Source: a virus (taxonomy: Duplodnaviria > Heunggongvirae > Uroviricota > Caudoviricetes). Taken from it: 39,710 bases of DNA. A program made the translations under genes and the position numbers. Positions 8,943 to 17,721 of this stretch are shown piece after piece (within the stretch, counting starts at the first letter, position 1; each line of letters opens with the position of its first letter). The stretch is from positions 1-39,710 of IMG/VR virus record IMGVR_UViG_2778261152_000009; one strand, 5' to 3'. The notes beneath the pieces were generated by a model. The model made no database searches and was not told the DNA's origin. It worked only from the letters and a program-made list of their open reading frames with translations.

Positions 8943-9080
8943 AAGAAGATTTCCAATAATCAGAACAAGTCGGCTCCTGTTTAGTTACGAGCGACATTGC
9001 TCCGTGTATTCACTCATTGGAATGAATACACAGTGCAGTGTTTATTCTGTTGTTTATGCCAAAAATAAAGCCCCCCCCCA

Positions 9081-9332
9081 TCAGGCAGCCTTGTTGTAAA
9101 TGTTGCAGGTATCAAGTAAGTAATTAGATGGAGCGCCATAAATTATGAATTCATCGTTTGTCGGGTCCATCTCCATCTCTTGGCCTATTGCCATTCTTGC
9201 GTCAGTGTCATCAGAGGCGAAGCATAAAACAGCCCACGCACCCATTGTTTTAAAAAGAACTGCAATTGGCTGTGGTTTTACTGAATTTGCGTTAGCGCGA
9301 AAATCACAAATCGCACTTTCATGAAACTCCAT
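9081..9332 (-). CDS. Hypothetical protein
   Basis: 83-aa ORF; stop directly abuts a C9 homopolymer tract. Confidence 0.45.
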   Translation of the reverse strand: MEFHESAICDFRANANSVKPQPIAVLFKTMGAWAVLCFASDDTDARMAIGQEMEMDPTNDEFIIYGAPSNYLLDTCNIYNKAA

Positions 9333-9394
9333 ATCTCACCTCAAATAAGTGGTTTGCTGCCAAAACAATGAACCATCCGGAAATTCCAGATAGT

Positions 9395-9622
9395 TCATAA
9401 TTCACTCTTCAATACTTCCAACTTACTAATCGCCGATAGATATCCGCGCTGATAGGGCATCATCATTCCTTCGAGCTTGCCACTTCTTAACTCCTTCCTG
9501 AGCAATTGTATTGCTTGATCAATAACCTCTGCCTTAGCGTCCTTTATGGCTTGCTTGCGGGGCTTTGCTTTCTGCTTTGGCAGATTTCTCAAGCATGATG
9601 GAATGTATGTCTGATTCATCAC
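9395..9622 (-). CDS. Hypothetical basic protein
   Basis: 75-aa Lys/Arg-rich ORF starting 1 nt after the N-like gene stop (tight coupling). Confidence 0.45.
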   Translation of the reverse strand: MMNQTYIPSCLRNLPKQKAKPRKQAIKDAKAEVIDQAIQLLRKELRSGKLEGMMMPYQRGYLSAISKLEVLKSEL

Positions 9623-9895
9623 TTACCTCGCTGTCAGTTGTTTTGATTTCCGGTAGCCTGCCGCGTAAATGGCTACGTTTGGCAGGCAAATACTTCCACT
9701 GCATTCATCTACCTTCTTGCAGCGAAGGCTTCCGAGTGATGCTGCTTTATCTGCCCTGACGCAACCAGAGAGCTTTAGCGCAATTTTTCGTGCCAATCGC
9801 TGTTCTTGCATTGCCTGTTCACGTTGAGCCTGTCTGCGTGCTCTGCGGCGATTTCTGGCGTTATCGTCAGCCAGATATGTAATGACTACTGTCAT
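9623..9895 (-). CDS. N-like transcription antiterminator (P22 gp24-like)
   Basis: 90-aa ORF with an N-terminal arginine-rich motif NARNRRRARRQAQREQ and C-terminal ...AIYAAGYRKSKQLTAR resembling P22 gp24 from memory; first gene downstream of the pL/nutL region. Confidence 0.7.
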   Translation of the reverse strand: MTVVITYLADDNARNRRRARRQAQREQAMQEQRLARKIALKLSGCVRADKAASLGSLRCKKVDECSGSICLPNVAIYAAGYRKSKQLTAR

Positions 9896-10002
9896 GTTGA
9901 CCTCCGATGATTGACTTTGGCGGTGACGCGCCGGGTGCTTATCTTCCGGTTGCCGTCGTGCAGCTGCACTTCACGTCACCCCAAAGCCAACTACTCTTTG
10001 GT

Positions 10003-10044
10003 TCCCGCATTTCGGCGGGACAATCCCATCAATGTTAAAGAGCC
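10003..10044 (-). promoter_or_regulatory. nutL site (boxA + boxB)
   Basis: Minus strand reads GGCTCTTTAACA (boxA-like, close to rrn boxA GCTCTTTAACA) then 12 nt then TCCCGCCGAAATGCGGGA (boxB hairpin); the boxB is identical to the one downstream of cro. Confidence 0.65.
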
Positions 10045-10090
10045 TGCCAATCTGTTCCGTTTGGCTTCCAGCGTCCTGCTGATGGCTAAA

Positions 10091-10177
10091 GAATACTGTA
10101 GGTATTTTATTGTGTAAATACCCAAGGTATTTATTTTTGATGAAATAATGATAAACAAATGAATACAAAGGATATTT
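10091..10177. promoter_or_regulatory. OL operator cluster / pL region
   Basis: Three imperfect palindromes of form ATAC-N5-GTAT: GAATACTGTAGGTATT (10091-10106), AAATACCCAAGGTATTT (10116-10132), GAATACAAAGGATATTT (10161-10177); same motif family as in the cI-cro intergenic region. Confidence 0.5.
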
Positions 10178-10262
10178 ATTTTTTCGCTGTCTGCTTGTTC
10201 AGTGATTTTTATGCGGGATATGTGAAGTGGATCCCGATAGCTATTGCTGCCGGGATTATGGG

Positions 10263-10652
10263 TTAGTCAGCGAAGGTTAAGACGAGAATTACCTTAATGA
10301 TGTCTGCTACAACAGACACGGCCATAGATAAACCAAAGACGATCCAAGCCACAGTGATGTCTTCACTACCATCGTATAGAGTTCCGTAATCACTGGTGTA
10401 AGGCGTAAATGTCGCGCCTTGATACAATAGGTATAAGCTTGATCCATAGAGGATAAATGCAGATATCCCTTGTATTGCTATGATCACAAGAATCATGAAA
10501 CGAGCTGATCTATGCGCCCAAGCCTGGCTTATTTTTTCTGATAGAGATTTCGCAATAAAAGCATGCGCTAAGCCGTAAATTGTCGAGATTGCCAACATCC
10601 CAAAAAAGCTTGCTATAGCGGTTCCAACCATAATCGCCCCTTGCGTGATCAA
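10263..10652 (-). CDS. Small integral membrane protein coupled to cI (rex-position gene)
   Basis: 129-aa ORF with about three hydrophobic helices; ORF-track start is a TTG overlapping the cI stop by 4 nt, alternative ATG at 10631 with AAGGGG upstream; lies between cI and OL where lambda carries rexAB. Confidence 0.6.
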   Translation of the reverse strand: MITQGAIMVGTAIASFFGMLAISTIYGLAHAFIAKSLSEKISQAWAHRSARFMILVIIAIQGISAFILYGSSLYLLYQGATFTPYTSDYGTLYDGSEDITVAWIVFGLSMAVSVVADIIKVILVLTFAD

Positions 10653-11365
10653 ACCAGCCTTAGTTTTGTCTCAATTGCAACGCCTATAATCTTGCAGTTT
10701 CCATTGATTGGCACGAGAGGCCATGCAGGATTAAGTCCCTTGAGGTATTTATTTCCGCCGTCGATTATCAGCTTCTTGAATGTTGCTTCGTTAGAGTCAG
10801 AAAGTTTTGCTATGACCAAGCTGCCGTTGATCGCCTCTCTTCCGGTATCGAAAAGAACGAATGTTCCCTCTGGAATGCTTAACCCAACCGGTGCCGTCAT
10901 TGAATCACCTTCCACTTTAAGCCAAAACGCATTACCTTGAATATGCGCGTCAGACTCAAGCCAAACATCTATGTCTTTAATGGTGTATGGTTCGCATGCT
11001 TCACACCACGAGCCAGCCTGGATACTGCTTAACACCGGATACCTCTTTCCTGCTCTGTATTCCCCTGCATACCTTACGTTGGCATCGCTCTTAAGGCTTT
11101 CTGCCTGTTCTGCAACCTTGGCAGCAATTGACTGGCTAAAATCAGCAATTGAGACTTGCAACAATCGTGCAAAACCAGATGCAACCTCAACGTTTAGCGC
11201 GTTTCTGCCATTAAGATAATGCCCTACCGCTCCTTGGGTGATACCCAGTTCATCAGCGATTGAGTATTGGGTTATTCCCAATTCTTTCTTTTTTGACTCA
11301 TACAAAGCCTTAAGCCGCTTAGCGTCTTCGAGCTGTTCTGTCGTCAGTGATTTTTTATTTTCCAT
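10649..11365 (-). CDS. cI: CI-type prophage repressor (HTH + S24 LexA-like autopeptidase domain)
   Basis: 238 aa; N-terminus LTTEQLEDAKRLKALYESKKKELGITQYSIADELGITQGAVGHYLNG parallels lambda CI; C-terminal FWLKVEGDSMTAPVG...FKKLI carries the S24 Ser/Lys region; divergent from cro across an operator region; no obvious SD upstream (possibly leaderless as for lambda PRM). Confidence 0.9.
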   Translation of the reverse strand: MENKKSLTTEQLEDAKRLKALYESKKKELGITQYSIADELGITQGAVGHYLNGRNALNVEVASGFARLLQVSIADFSQSIAAKVAEQAESLKSDANVRYAGEYRAGKRYPVLSSIQAGSWCEACEPYTIKDIDVWLESDAHIQGNAFWLKVEGDSMTAPVGLSIPEGTFVLFDTGREAINGSLVIAKLSDSNEATFKKLIIDGGNKYLKGLNPAWPLVPINGNCKIIGVAIETKLRLV

Positions 11366-11471
11366 AGCTTAATTCTAATAGCTAAGGTACTTAAACTAAA
11401 AATACCCTGAGTATTGATTGTCTTGAATACCTGTAGTATTCTTTGTTCATGGTTAATAACGGAGAGTGCAT
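11366..11471. promoter_or_regulatory. OR operator / PRM-PR divergent promoter region
   Basis: Intergenic region between divergent cI and cro containing palindromes AATACCCTGAGTATT (11401-11415) and GAATACCTGTAGTATTC (11425-11441), centres about 25 bp apart. Confidence 0.6.
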
Positions 11472-11666
11472 ATGATTCGAATGACACTTGCCGATTACGC
11501 CAAAATCCATGGACAGGCTAAAGCAGCCAGTGACTTTGGTGTAATCCAGTGCGCTATCAGCAAGGCCATTCTGGCAGGCCGTAACATCATGGTTACGGTA
11601 AAGCCTGATGGCAGTGTGATTGGAGAGGAAGTTCGTCCTTTCCCAAGCAACAAGAAAAACAAATAG
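11472..11666 (+). CDS. cro: Cro repressor
   Basis: ORF track starts at a GTG (11466); first ATG at 11472 has GGAGAG 5 nt upstream; product [62 protein letters not shown] closely parallels lambda Cro. Confidence 0.85.
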   Translation: MIRMTLADYAKIHGQAKAASDFGVIQCAISKAILAGRNIMVTVKPDGSVIGEEVRPFPSNKKNK

Positions 11667-11672
11667 TAACAC

Positions 11673-11716
11673 CGCTCTTTAACAGTCATGGTCCTCATTC
11701 CCGCCGAAATGCGGGA
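11673..11716 (+). promoter_or_regulatory. nutR site (boxA + boxB)
   Basis: CGCTCTTTAACA (11673-11684) followed 14 nt later by the hairpin TCCCGCCGAAATGCGGGA (11699-11716), between cro and cII. Confidence 0.7.
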
Positions 11717-11774
11717 ATACAACGCGCATCAGTTGGTGCGTATAACTTCTTATTTGTTAAGGAAATACTTACAT

Positions 11775-12053
11775 ATGCAACTTACAAGTACTCGCAAGAA
11801 AGCGAATGCAATCACAAGCAACATCCTAAATCGAATTGCTGTACGTGGTCAGCGAAAGGTTGCTGATGCATTAGGGATTAATGAATCGCAAATTTCGCGA
11901 TGGAAAGACAGCTTTATCCCAAAGATGGCCATGCTTCTGGCTGTGCTGGAGTGGGGTGTTGAAGACGAGGAATTAGCAGAGCTGGCAAAGAAAGTAGCCA
12001 TGGTGCTGACAAAAGAAAAGCCTCAAGACTGCTGCAACAGTTTTGAGGCCTGA
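11775..12053 (+). CDS. cII: CII-like transcriptional activator
   Basis: ORF track starts at 11688; the internal Met at 11775 (AAGGA upstream) gives a 92-aa product whose core GINESQISRWKDSFIPKMAMLLAVLEWGVEDEE parallels lambda CII (VDKSQISRWKRDWIPKFSMLLAVLEWGV). Confidence 0.8.
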   Translation: MQLTSTRKKANAITSNILNRIAVRGQRKVADALGINESQISRWKDSFIPKMAMLLAVLEWGVEDEELAELAKKVAMVLTKEKPQDCCNSFEA

Positions 12054-12087
12054 TGTAGAAAGACTGGATCAATCCACAGGAGTAATT

Positions 12088-12249
12088 ATGACAAAACGTC
12101 GTAAGAAATACCAGGAAAAAGAAGAGATTCGACACCCTGATTCACCTGAGGGATTAGTGGTAGCCGCAGCAAATAACAGGGCGTTCGCAGAGCGCCTTGT
12201 TGGTGTTTACAGGCTAGCCAAAGCAGGAGTGAAACATGGGCGTCGTTAA
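12088..12249 (+). CDS. Hypothetical small basic protein
   Basis: ORF 12043..12249; Met at 12088 preceded by AGGAG; 53 aa Lys/Arg-rich; overlaps the O-like gene start by 14 nt. Confidence 0.35.
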   Translation: MTKRRKKYQEKEEIRHPDSPEGLVVAAANNRAFAERLVGVYRLAKAGVKHGRR

Positions 12250-13057
12250 GTTAGCTGATTACAGGCCTCAACTGGAGGTCGTGGAGCATCGCGTGGCAGA
12301 TACCGAAGATGGTTTCATGCGCGTTGCTAACGAGATTACCGACAGTCTGCTGATGGCTGATTTAACCGTCCGGCAGTTGAAGGTGATGCTCGCTATCATG
12401 CGCAAGACATACGGATTCAATAAGCCGATGGATCGACTCACAAACACGCAGATAGCAGCCATGACAGGTATTCATCACACTCATGTTTGCGCTGCCAAGC
12501 GCCAGCTTATCGAGCGTAAATTCCTCATTGCTGATGGCGTGAAAATCGGAGTGAACAAGGTGGTTTCTCAGTGGATTAGCCAGGACAGCTTAACATTAGC
12601 TAAAACAGCTAATAAAACATTAGTCAAGTCGGCTAATGGGTATAAGCCAAGTCAGCTAAACACAAAAGACAATATACAAAAGACAATAAATACAAATACC
12701 CCCTTACCCCCTAACGGGGGCGGCGATGGGCAGGTTAAACCTGAACGTCGCAAGGCAGAACGAATCGACTACGAATCCTTCCTGAACGCCTACAACACCG
12801 AAGTCGGTGACAGACTGCCACACGCTGTTGCGGTCAACGAGAAACGCAAACGCCGCCTGAAGAAAATCATCCCGCAACTGAAAACGCCAAACGTGGACGG
12901 TTTCAGAGCGTATGTCAGGGCGTTTGTACATCAGGCCAAGCCGTTTTACTTCGGAGACAACGACACTGGCTGGACGGCCGATTTTGATTACCTGCTGAGG
13001 GAAGATTCGTTAACGGGAGTTCGGGAAGGGAAGTTTGCAGACAGGGGGATTGCATGA
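12236..13057 (+). CDS. O: Replication initiator, lambda O-like
   Basis: 273 aa; N-terminal segment [37 protein letters not shown] parallels lambda O (ADLTKRQFKVLLAILRKTYGWNKPMDRITDSQLSEIT); internal repeat/AT-rich ori-like region; overlaps the helicase gene start. Confidence 0.85.
   Translation: MGVVKLADYRPQLEVVEHRVADTEDGFMRVANEITDSLLMADLTVRQLKVMLAIMRKTYGFNKPMDRLTNTQIAAMTGIHHTHVCAAKRQLIERKFLIADGVKIGVNKVVSQWISQDSLTLAKTANKTLVKSANGYKPSQLNTKDNIQKTINTNTPLPPNGGGDGQVKPERRKAERIDYESFLNAYNTEVGDRLPHAVAVNEKRKRRLKKIIPQLKTPNVDGFRAYVRAFVHQAKPFYFGDNDTGWTADFDYLLREDSLTGVREGKFADRGIA
12590..12725 (+). repeat. Putative origin of replication (iteron-like repeats + AT-rich tract) within the O-like gene
   Basis: Several AGCTAA-containing repeats, a tandem 13-bp direct repeat ACAAAAGACAATA x2 in an AT-rich stretch, and the palindrome CCCCCTTACCCCCTAACGGGGG; lambda ori lies at the equivalent place inside O. 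Confidence 0.4.
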
Positions 13058-14430
13058 AACAGGATATCGAAGCGAGCGTTATCGGTGGCCTGCTGATTGG
13101 TGGATTAACACCAACCGCCAGCGACGTTCTGGCAACGCTGGAGCCGGAAGCGTTTTCAATTCCGCTCTACCGGAAAGCCTTCGAGGTTATCCGGAAGCAG
13201 GCGAGAAACAGAAACCTAATCGACGCGCTGATGGTTGCCGAGGCGTGCGGAGAGGAGCATTTCACGTCAATCCTGATGACCAGCAAAAACTGCCCGAGTG
13301 CCGCAAACCTGAAGGGATATGCCGGAATGGTCGCGGATAATTATCACCGCCGTCTGGTGCTGGAAATCATGGATGAAATGCGTGAACCAATTCAGAGCGG
13401 AACCATCGACGCATCGAGTCAGGCGATGGATGAGCTTGTAAAGCGTCTTTCAGCCATCAGAAAGCCCCGTGACGAGGTTAAACCTGTACGGTTAGGGGAA
13501 ATCATTACTGACTACACTGACACGCTTGACAGGCGTCTGAGGAACGGAGAAGAGTCCGATACCCTGAAGACCGGAATCGAAGAACTTGATGCCATCACCG
13601 GAGGGATGAACGCAGAAGACCTGGTGATAATCGCTGCTCGTCCTGGTATGGGGAAAACCGAACTGGCGCTGAAGATTGCCGAAGGCGTTGCAAGCCGCGT
13701 TATTCCTGGTTCTGACGTCCGGCGCGGGGTATTGATTTTCTCAATGGAAATGAGCGCATTGCAGATTGCAGAGCGAAGCATTGCCAACGCCGGGAGGATG
13801 TCGGTTAGTGTGCTGCGAAATCCTGCAGCGATGGATGACGAAGGCTGGGCACGTGTTGCTAACGGCATGAGTCAGCTTGCAGATTTGGATGTATGGGTTG
13901 TCGATGCCTCGCGGTTATCGGTCGAAGAAATACGCTCAATCGCAGAACGGCACAAACAGGAAAACCCAAACCTGTCACTCATCATGGCGGATTATCTTGG
14001 CCTGATTGAGAAGCCGAAAGCAGACCGCAACGACCTTGCAATTGCTCACATCTCCGGAAGCCTGAAGGCGATGGCGAAGGACCTGAAAACGCCTGTTATC
14101 TCCCTGAGTCAGCTTTCGCGCGATGTTGAGAAGCGACCAAACAAACGCCCGACAAACGCAGATTTGCGTGATTCAGGAAGCATTGAACAGGACGCAGACT
14201 CAATCATCATGCTCTATCGGGAAGCGGTATATGACGAGAACAGTAGCGCCGCGCCATTTGCTGAAATCATCGTGACGAAAAACCGTTTTGGCTCGCTTGG
14301 TACGGTTTACCAGCGGTTCTGTAACGGACACTTTGTTGCATGTAACCAGGATGAAGCCAGACAGATTTGCACAGCATCAAATGCACCTGCTGCGCGTGGC
14401 AGACGATATGCACAAGGGGCGGACGTATGA
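13054..14430 (+). CDS. Replicative DNA helicase, DnaB family
   Basis: 458 aa; Walker [16 protein letters not shown], Walker B-like [10 protein letters not shown] context, and SxSQLSR / arginine-finger-like segments typical of DnaB-type hexameric helicases; immediately follows the initiator. Confidence 0.9.
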   Translation: MKQDIEASVIGGLLIGGLTPTASDVLATLEPEAFSIPLYRKAFEVIRKQARNRNLIDALMVAEACGEEHFTSILMTSKNCPSAANLKGYAGMVADNYHRRLVLEIMDEMREPIQSGTIDASSQAMDELVKRLSAIRKPRDEVKPVRLGEIITDYTDTLDRRLRNGEESDTLKTGIEELDAITGGMNAEDLVIIAARPGMGKTELALKIAEGVASRVIPGSDVRRGVLIFSMEMSALQIAERSIANAGRMSVSVLRNPAAMDDEGWARVANGMSQLADLDVWVVDASRLSVEEIRSIAERHKQENPNLSLIMADYLGLIEKPKADRNDLAIAHISGSLKAMAKDLKTPVISLSQLSRDVEKRPNKRPTNADLRDSGSIEQDADSIIMLYREAVYDENSSAAPFAEIIVTKNRFGSLGTVYQRFCNGHFVACNQDEARQICTASNAPAARGRRYAQGADV

Positions 14431-14502
14431 CCATCTACATCACTGAGCTAATAACAGGCCTGCTGGTAATCGCAGGCCTTTTTATTTGGGGGAGGGTAAA
14501 TC

Positions 14503-14709
14503 GTGGCTGAGTTAATTTTCTCTGCATTGAGGATTCTCGGTGCTATGTGGATGGTGGTGACGTTCATTGTGGTTGCCAGCAGTTTTATCCGGTTGGTGGG
14601 TGAAGGTAAAGACATGGTGGGTGTGCTTTTCGGTAGCATTCTCATGTGGGTGATTATCGGTGTTGCGCCTGTCGCTGTAGCAAAAATGGCGTGGCGTTTT
14701 GTGAGTTGA
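14503..14709 (+). CDS. Hypothetical small membrane protein
   Basis: 68-aa ORF with two hydrophobic helices, between helicase and nin genes. Confidence 0.4.
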   Translation: MAELIFSALRILGAMWMVVTFIVVASSFIRLVGEGKDMVGVLFGSILMWVIIGVAPVAVAKMAWRFVS

Positions 14710-14726
14710 ACTGAGGGTAAGTATCG

Positions 14727-14996
14727 ATGGACGAATCAAGAAAGCAGTTTGAAGAATGGTTTGAAAATTACACCGGATGTGATCATAAAAATAAAATATA
14801 CGCCAATATGGTTGAGATGTATTGGCAAGCGTGGCAGGCATCGCGAGCAGCTATTGAAATAACCGCGCCAAAGTTTATCGACAGCAGAGAAGCATTAACC
14901 AAAGGGTTTACTGTTGATTATTCCAATGGCTTCGGCGATGGAATGGATGCTTATGAGGAAAACATCCGCGCCGCTGGAATAAAAGTGAAGGAGTGA
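14727..14996 (+). CDS. Hypothetical protein
   Basis: 89-aa ORF; stop overlaps the next start by 4 nt. Confidence 0.5.
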   Translation: MDESRKQFEEWFENYTGCDHKNKIYANMVEMYWQAWQASRAAIEITAPKFIDSREALTKGFTVDYSNGFGDGMDAYEENIRAAGIKVKE

Positions 14997-15241
14997 GTAT
15001 GAGCGAGTTAAAGCCGTGCATATTTTGCGGTTCCGGAATATCTACATTCGACGAAACGAAGCACTGGACGGGTCAGCGTTACATCGTGCTGAAAGTTTAC
15101 CTTCGCCACTGGTGTGAAGGTGAGAAAACGAAGATAGAGGTTACGCGAAATAGCCACCAAGAATGCATGGATGCATGGAACGAGATGATGAAGCATGACA
15201 AAACAAACTTTTCTGCTTCGCAACGAAGCAATCAGAAATAA
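14993..15241 (+). CDS. Small Cys-containing protein, possibly Lar-family restriction alleviation
   Basis: 82 aa; N-terminus MSMSELKPCIFCGSG resembles the MSELKPCPFCG start I recall for Lar-family proteins; assignment is from memory only. Confidence 0.4.
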   Translation: MSMSELKPCIFCGSGISTFDETKHWTGQRYIVLKVYLRHWCEGEKTKIEVTRNSHQECMDAWNEMMKHDKTNFSASQRSNQK

Positions 15242-15644
15242 CGCCATAGACGCCATTCTCTCACTACCCATCGACGACAAGTCACCCCACGAAGTCCACG
15301 TTAAAGAACCCAAGCGCAGCAAAGCGCAGAATGACCGCATGTGGTCGATGCTGAACGATGTTTCGCGTCAGGTGCTATGGCATGGTCAACGGCTGGCGCC
15401 GGAAGACTGGAAAGACCTGTTCACTGCCCTGTGGCTTAAGACCAAAAAAATGGAGCAACGAAGTGTGCCTGGTATCGACGGTGGCGTTGTTATGCTTGGC
15501 GTTCGTACCAGCAAAATGCGAAAGGCCAGCATGACTGAGCTTATCGAAATCATGTTCTGGTTCGGCTCAGAGCGCAACGTGCGGTGGAGTGATGACTCCC
15601 GGCGAGAGTATGAATGGTCACAACGAAAAGGGAAGGCTGCATGA
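15195..15644 (+). CDS. ninB: NinB (Orf) recombination protein
   Basis: 149 aa; segment QNDRMWSMLNDVSRQVLWHGQRLAPEDWKDLFTALW parallels lambda NinB (QNRKLWACLGDVSRQVEWHGRWLDAESWKCVFTAAL). Confidence 0.8.
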   Translation: MTKQTFLLRNEAIRNNAIDAILSLPIDDKSPHEVHVKEPKRSKAQNDRMWSMLNDVSRQVLWHGQRLAPEDWKDLFTALWLKTKKMEQRSVPGIDGGVVMLGVRTSKMRKASMTELIEIMFWFGSERNVRWSDDSRREYEWSQRKGKAA

Positions 15645-16168
15645 CTATCAAATCAAATACGCCAGCACACGACAAGGACTGCTGGCAAACGCCGCTTTGG
15701 CTTTTTGATGCACTGGATATTGAGTTTGGATTCTGGCTGGATTCGGCAGCGAGCGACAAAAACACTCTGTGCGCTCACTGGCTAACTGAGGCCGACGACG
15801 CGCTCAATTCTGAGTGGTTAAGCCACGGTGCAATCTGGAATAACCCACCGTACAGCAATATCAGGCCGTGGGTGGAAAAAGCCGCTGAGCAGTGCATACA
15901 ACAGCGACAGACGGTAGTTATGCTTGTGCCAGAGGATATGTCAGTCGGATGGTTCAGCAAGGCTCTGGAGAGTGTCGACGAAGTTCGCATTATCACTGAT
16001 GGACGGATTAATTTTATCGAACCATCGACAGGGTTGGAGAAGAAGGGAAACAGCAAAGGCTCCATGCTGCTGATTTGGCGACCGTTCATCAGTCCTCGAC
16101 GGATGTTTACTACCGTATCCAAAGCGGCATTGATGGCGATCGGGCAGGGCGTCAGGAGGGCGGCATGA
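15641..16168 (+). CDS. Phage DNA N6-adenine methyltransferase (orphan, Dam-like)
   Basis: ORF track starts at 15614; ATG at 15641 has an AAGGGAAGG RBS and overlaps the ninB stop; product carries the amino-methyltransferase catalytic motif NPPY (IWNNPPYS); no restriction partner adjacent. Confidence 0.75.
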   Translation: MTIKSNTPAHDKDCWQTPLWLFDALDIEFGFWLDSAASDKNTLCAHWLTEADDALNSEWLSHGAIWNNPPYSNIRPWVEKAAEQCIQQRQTVVMLVPEDMSVGWFSKALESVDEVRIITDGRINFIEPSTGLEKKGNSKGSMLLIWRPFISPRRMFTTVSKAALMAIGQGVRRAA

Positions 16169-16341
16169 GGCGACAGCGACGAAGTATCACCGACATAATC
16201 TGTGAAAACTGCAAATACCTTCCAACGAAACGCTCCAGAAATAAACGCAAGCCAATCCCAAAAGAATCTGACGTAAAAACCTTCAATTACACGGCTCACC
16301 TGTGGGATATCCGGTGGCTAAGACATCGTGCGAGGAAATGA
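16165..16341 (+). CDS. ninE: NinE
   Basis: Internal Met of ORF 16075..16341; product [58 protein letters not shown] matches lambda NinE from memory. Confidence 0.7.
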   Translation: MRRQRRSITDIICENCKYLPTKRSRNKRKPIPKESDVKTFNYTAHLWDIRWLRHRARK

Positions 16342-16745
16342 CAATGCTTTTAATTCAACCTGGATTTGGCCTTAGCATCAAAAAATGGCACATGTTTGGC
16401 GAGAAAGAGTCTCAACGAAAAATGGTGCTTATCAAGTTGCCATTTATCAGTATTTGTTGGCCAAACAGGGAGGCCGCAAATTATTTGTCTACATGCGCCA
16501 GAGCAGCATTTAACGACCCTGAGTGGTTTGTAGAAAACCATCACGCTGTTCGTCAGGCAAAGAGAAAGGCCAAAACGACATACATGAAGGCGTATCGAAA
16601 AGCATGGAAAGAACACCACGAACGATACCAACAAGACATGGAAAAGCTTGAATCAGAAAACATGGAATTAAGACGAAAGCTTGGTGAGGCAAAACGAGAT
16701 ATTGATGCTTACAAGCGACTTTTTAATGGTGAAAGCCATGCTTAG
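16338..16745 (+). CDS. Hypothetical protein (nin region)
   Basis: ORF 16302..16745; start placed at ATG 16338 (overlaps the ninE stop; alternative ATG at 16344 with GAGGA upstream); C-terminal half is Lys/Glu-rich and likely coiled-coil. Confidence 0.4.
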   Translation: MTMLLIQPGFGLSIKKWHMFGEKESQRKMVLIKLPFISICWPNREAANYLSTCARAAFNDPEWFVENHHAVRQAKRKAKTTYMKAYRKAWKEHHERYQQDMEKLESENMELRRKLGEAKRDIDAYKRLFNGESHA

Positions 16746-16914
16746 CCCATCCCAATCCCTTCAATACCAGAAAGAAAGCGTCGAGCGAGCTTTAACGTGC
16801 GCTAACTGCGGTCAGAAGCTGCATGTGCTGGAAGTTCACGTGTGTGAGCACTGTTGCGCAGAACTGATGAGCGATCCGAATAGCTCAATGTACGAGGAAG
16901 AAGACGATGGCTAA
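16741..16914 (+). CDS. ninF: NinF
   Basis: Internal Met of ORF 16681..16914; product [58 protein letters not shown] matches lambda NinF from memory. Confidence 0.7.
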   Translation, partial: LSPSQSLQYQKESVERALTCANCGQKLHVLEVHVCEHCCAELMSDPNSSMYEEEDDG

Positions 16915-17518
16915 ACCAGCGCGAAGACGATGTAAAAACGATGAATGTCGGGAATGGTTTCACCCTGCATTCGCTAATCAGTGGTGGTGCTCTCCAGAGT
17001 GTGGAACAAAGATAGCACTCGAACGACGAAGTAAAGAACGCGAAAAAGCGGAAAAAGCAGCAGAGAAGAAACTACGACGAGAGGAGCAGAAACAGAAAGA
17101 TAAACTGAAGATTCGAAAACTCGCCTTAAAGCCCCGCAGTTACTGGATTAAACAAGCCCAACAAGCCGTAAACGCCTTCATCAGAGAAAGAGACCGCGAC
17201 TTACCATGTATCTCGTGCGGAACGCTCACGTCTGCTCAGTGGGATGCCGGACATTACCGGACAACTGCTGCGGCACCTCAACTCCGATTTGATGAACGCA
17301 ATATTCACAAGCAATGCGTGGTGTGCAACCAGCACAAAAGCGGAAATCTCGTTCCGTATCGCGTCGAACTGATTAACCGCATCGGGCAGGAAGCAGTAGA
17401 CGAAATCGAATCAAACCATAGCCGCAATCGCTGGACTATCGAAGAGTGCAAGGCGATCAAGGCAGAGTACCAACAGAAACTCAAAGACCTGCGAAATAGC
17501 AGAAGTGAGGCCGCATGA
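16907..17518 (+). CDS. ninG: NinG (Rap) recombination endonuclease
   Basis: 203 aa; N-terminus [22 protein letters not shown]... and Cys-rich core match lambda NinG as recalled. Confidence 0.85.
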   Translation: MAKPARRRCKNDECREWFHPAFANQWWCSPECGTKIALERRSKEREKAEKAAEKKLRREEQKQKDKLKIRKLALKPRSYWIKQAQQAVNAFIRERDRDLPCISCGTLTSAQWDAGHYRTTAAAPQLRFDERNIHKQCVVCNQHKSGNLVPYRVELINRIGQEAVDEIESNHSRNRWTIEECKAIKAEYQQKLKDLRNSRSEAA

Positions 17519-17721
17519 CGTTCTCAGTAAAAACCATTCCAGACATGCTCGTTGAAGCATACGGAAACCAGACAGAAGTAGCACGCAGACTGAAATGTAG
17601 TCGCGGCACGGTCAGAAAATACGTTGATGATAAAGACGGGAAAATGCACGCCATCGTCAACGACGTTCTTATGGTTCATCGCGGATGGAGTGAAAGAGAT
17701 GCGCTATTACGAAAGAATTGA
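17515..17721 (+). CDS. ninH: NinH
   Basis: 68 aa; [37 protein letters not shown] (HTH-like) matches lambda NinH as recalled. Confidence 0.8.
   Translation: MTFSVKTIPDMLVEAYGNQTEVARRLKCSRGTVRKYVDDKDGKMHAIVNDVLMVHRGWSERDALLRKN

Noticed and set aside
9911-10117. Plus-strand 68-aa ORF in the N to OL interval
   Set aside because: It overlaps the nutL boxA/boxB and operator sequences on the opposite strand and has no ribosome-binding site; the region is better explained as regulatory.
11914-12135. Minus-strand 73-aa ORF overlapping the cII 3' end
   Set aside because: Antisense to cII and to the small basic ORF, without translation signals.
13035-13868. ORFs 13035..13340 (+) and 13512..13868 (-) within the helicase gene
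   Set aside because: Alternative-frame or antisense ORFs inside a strongly supported DnaB-family gene; compositionally biased (Arg/Ser/Pro-rich) as expected for out-of-frame reads.
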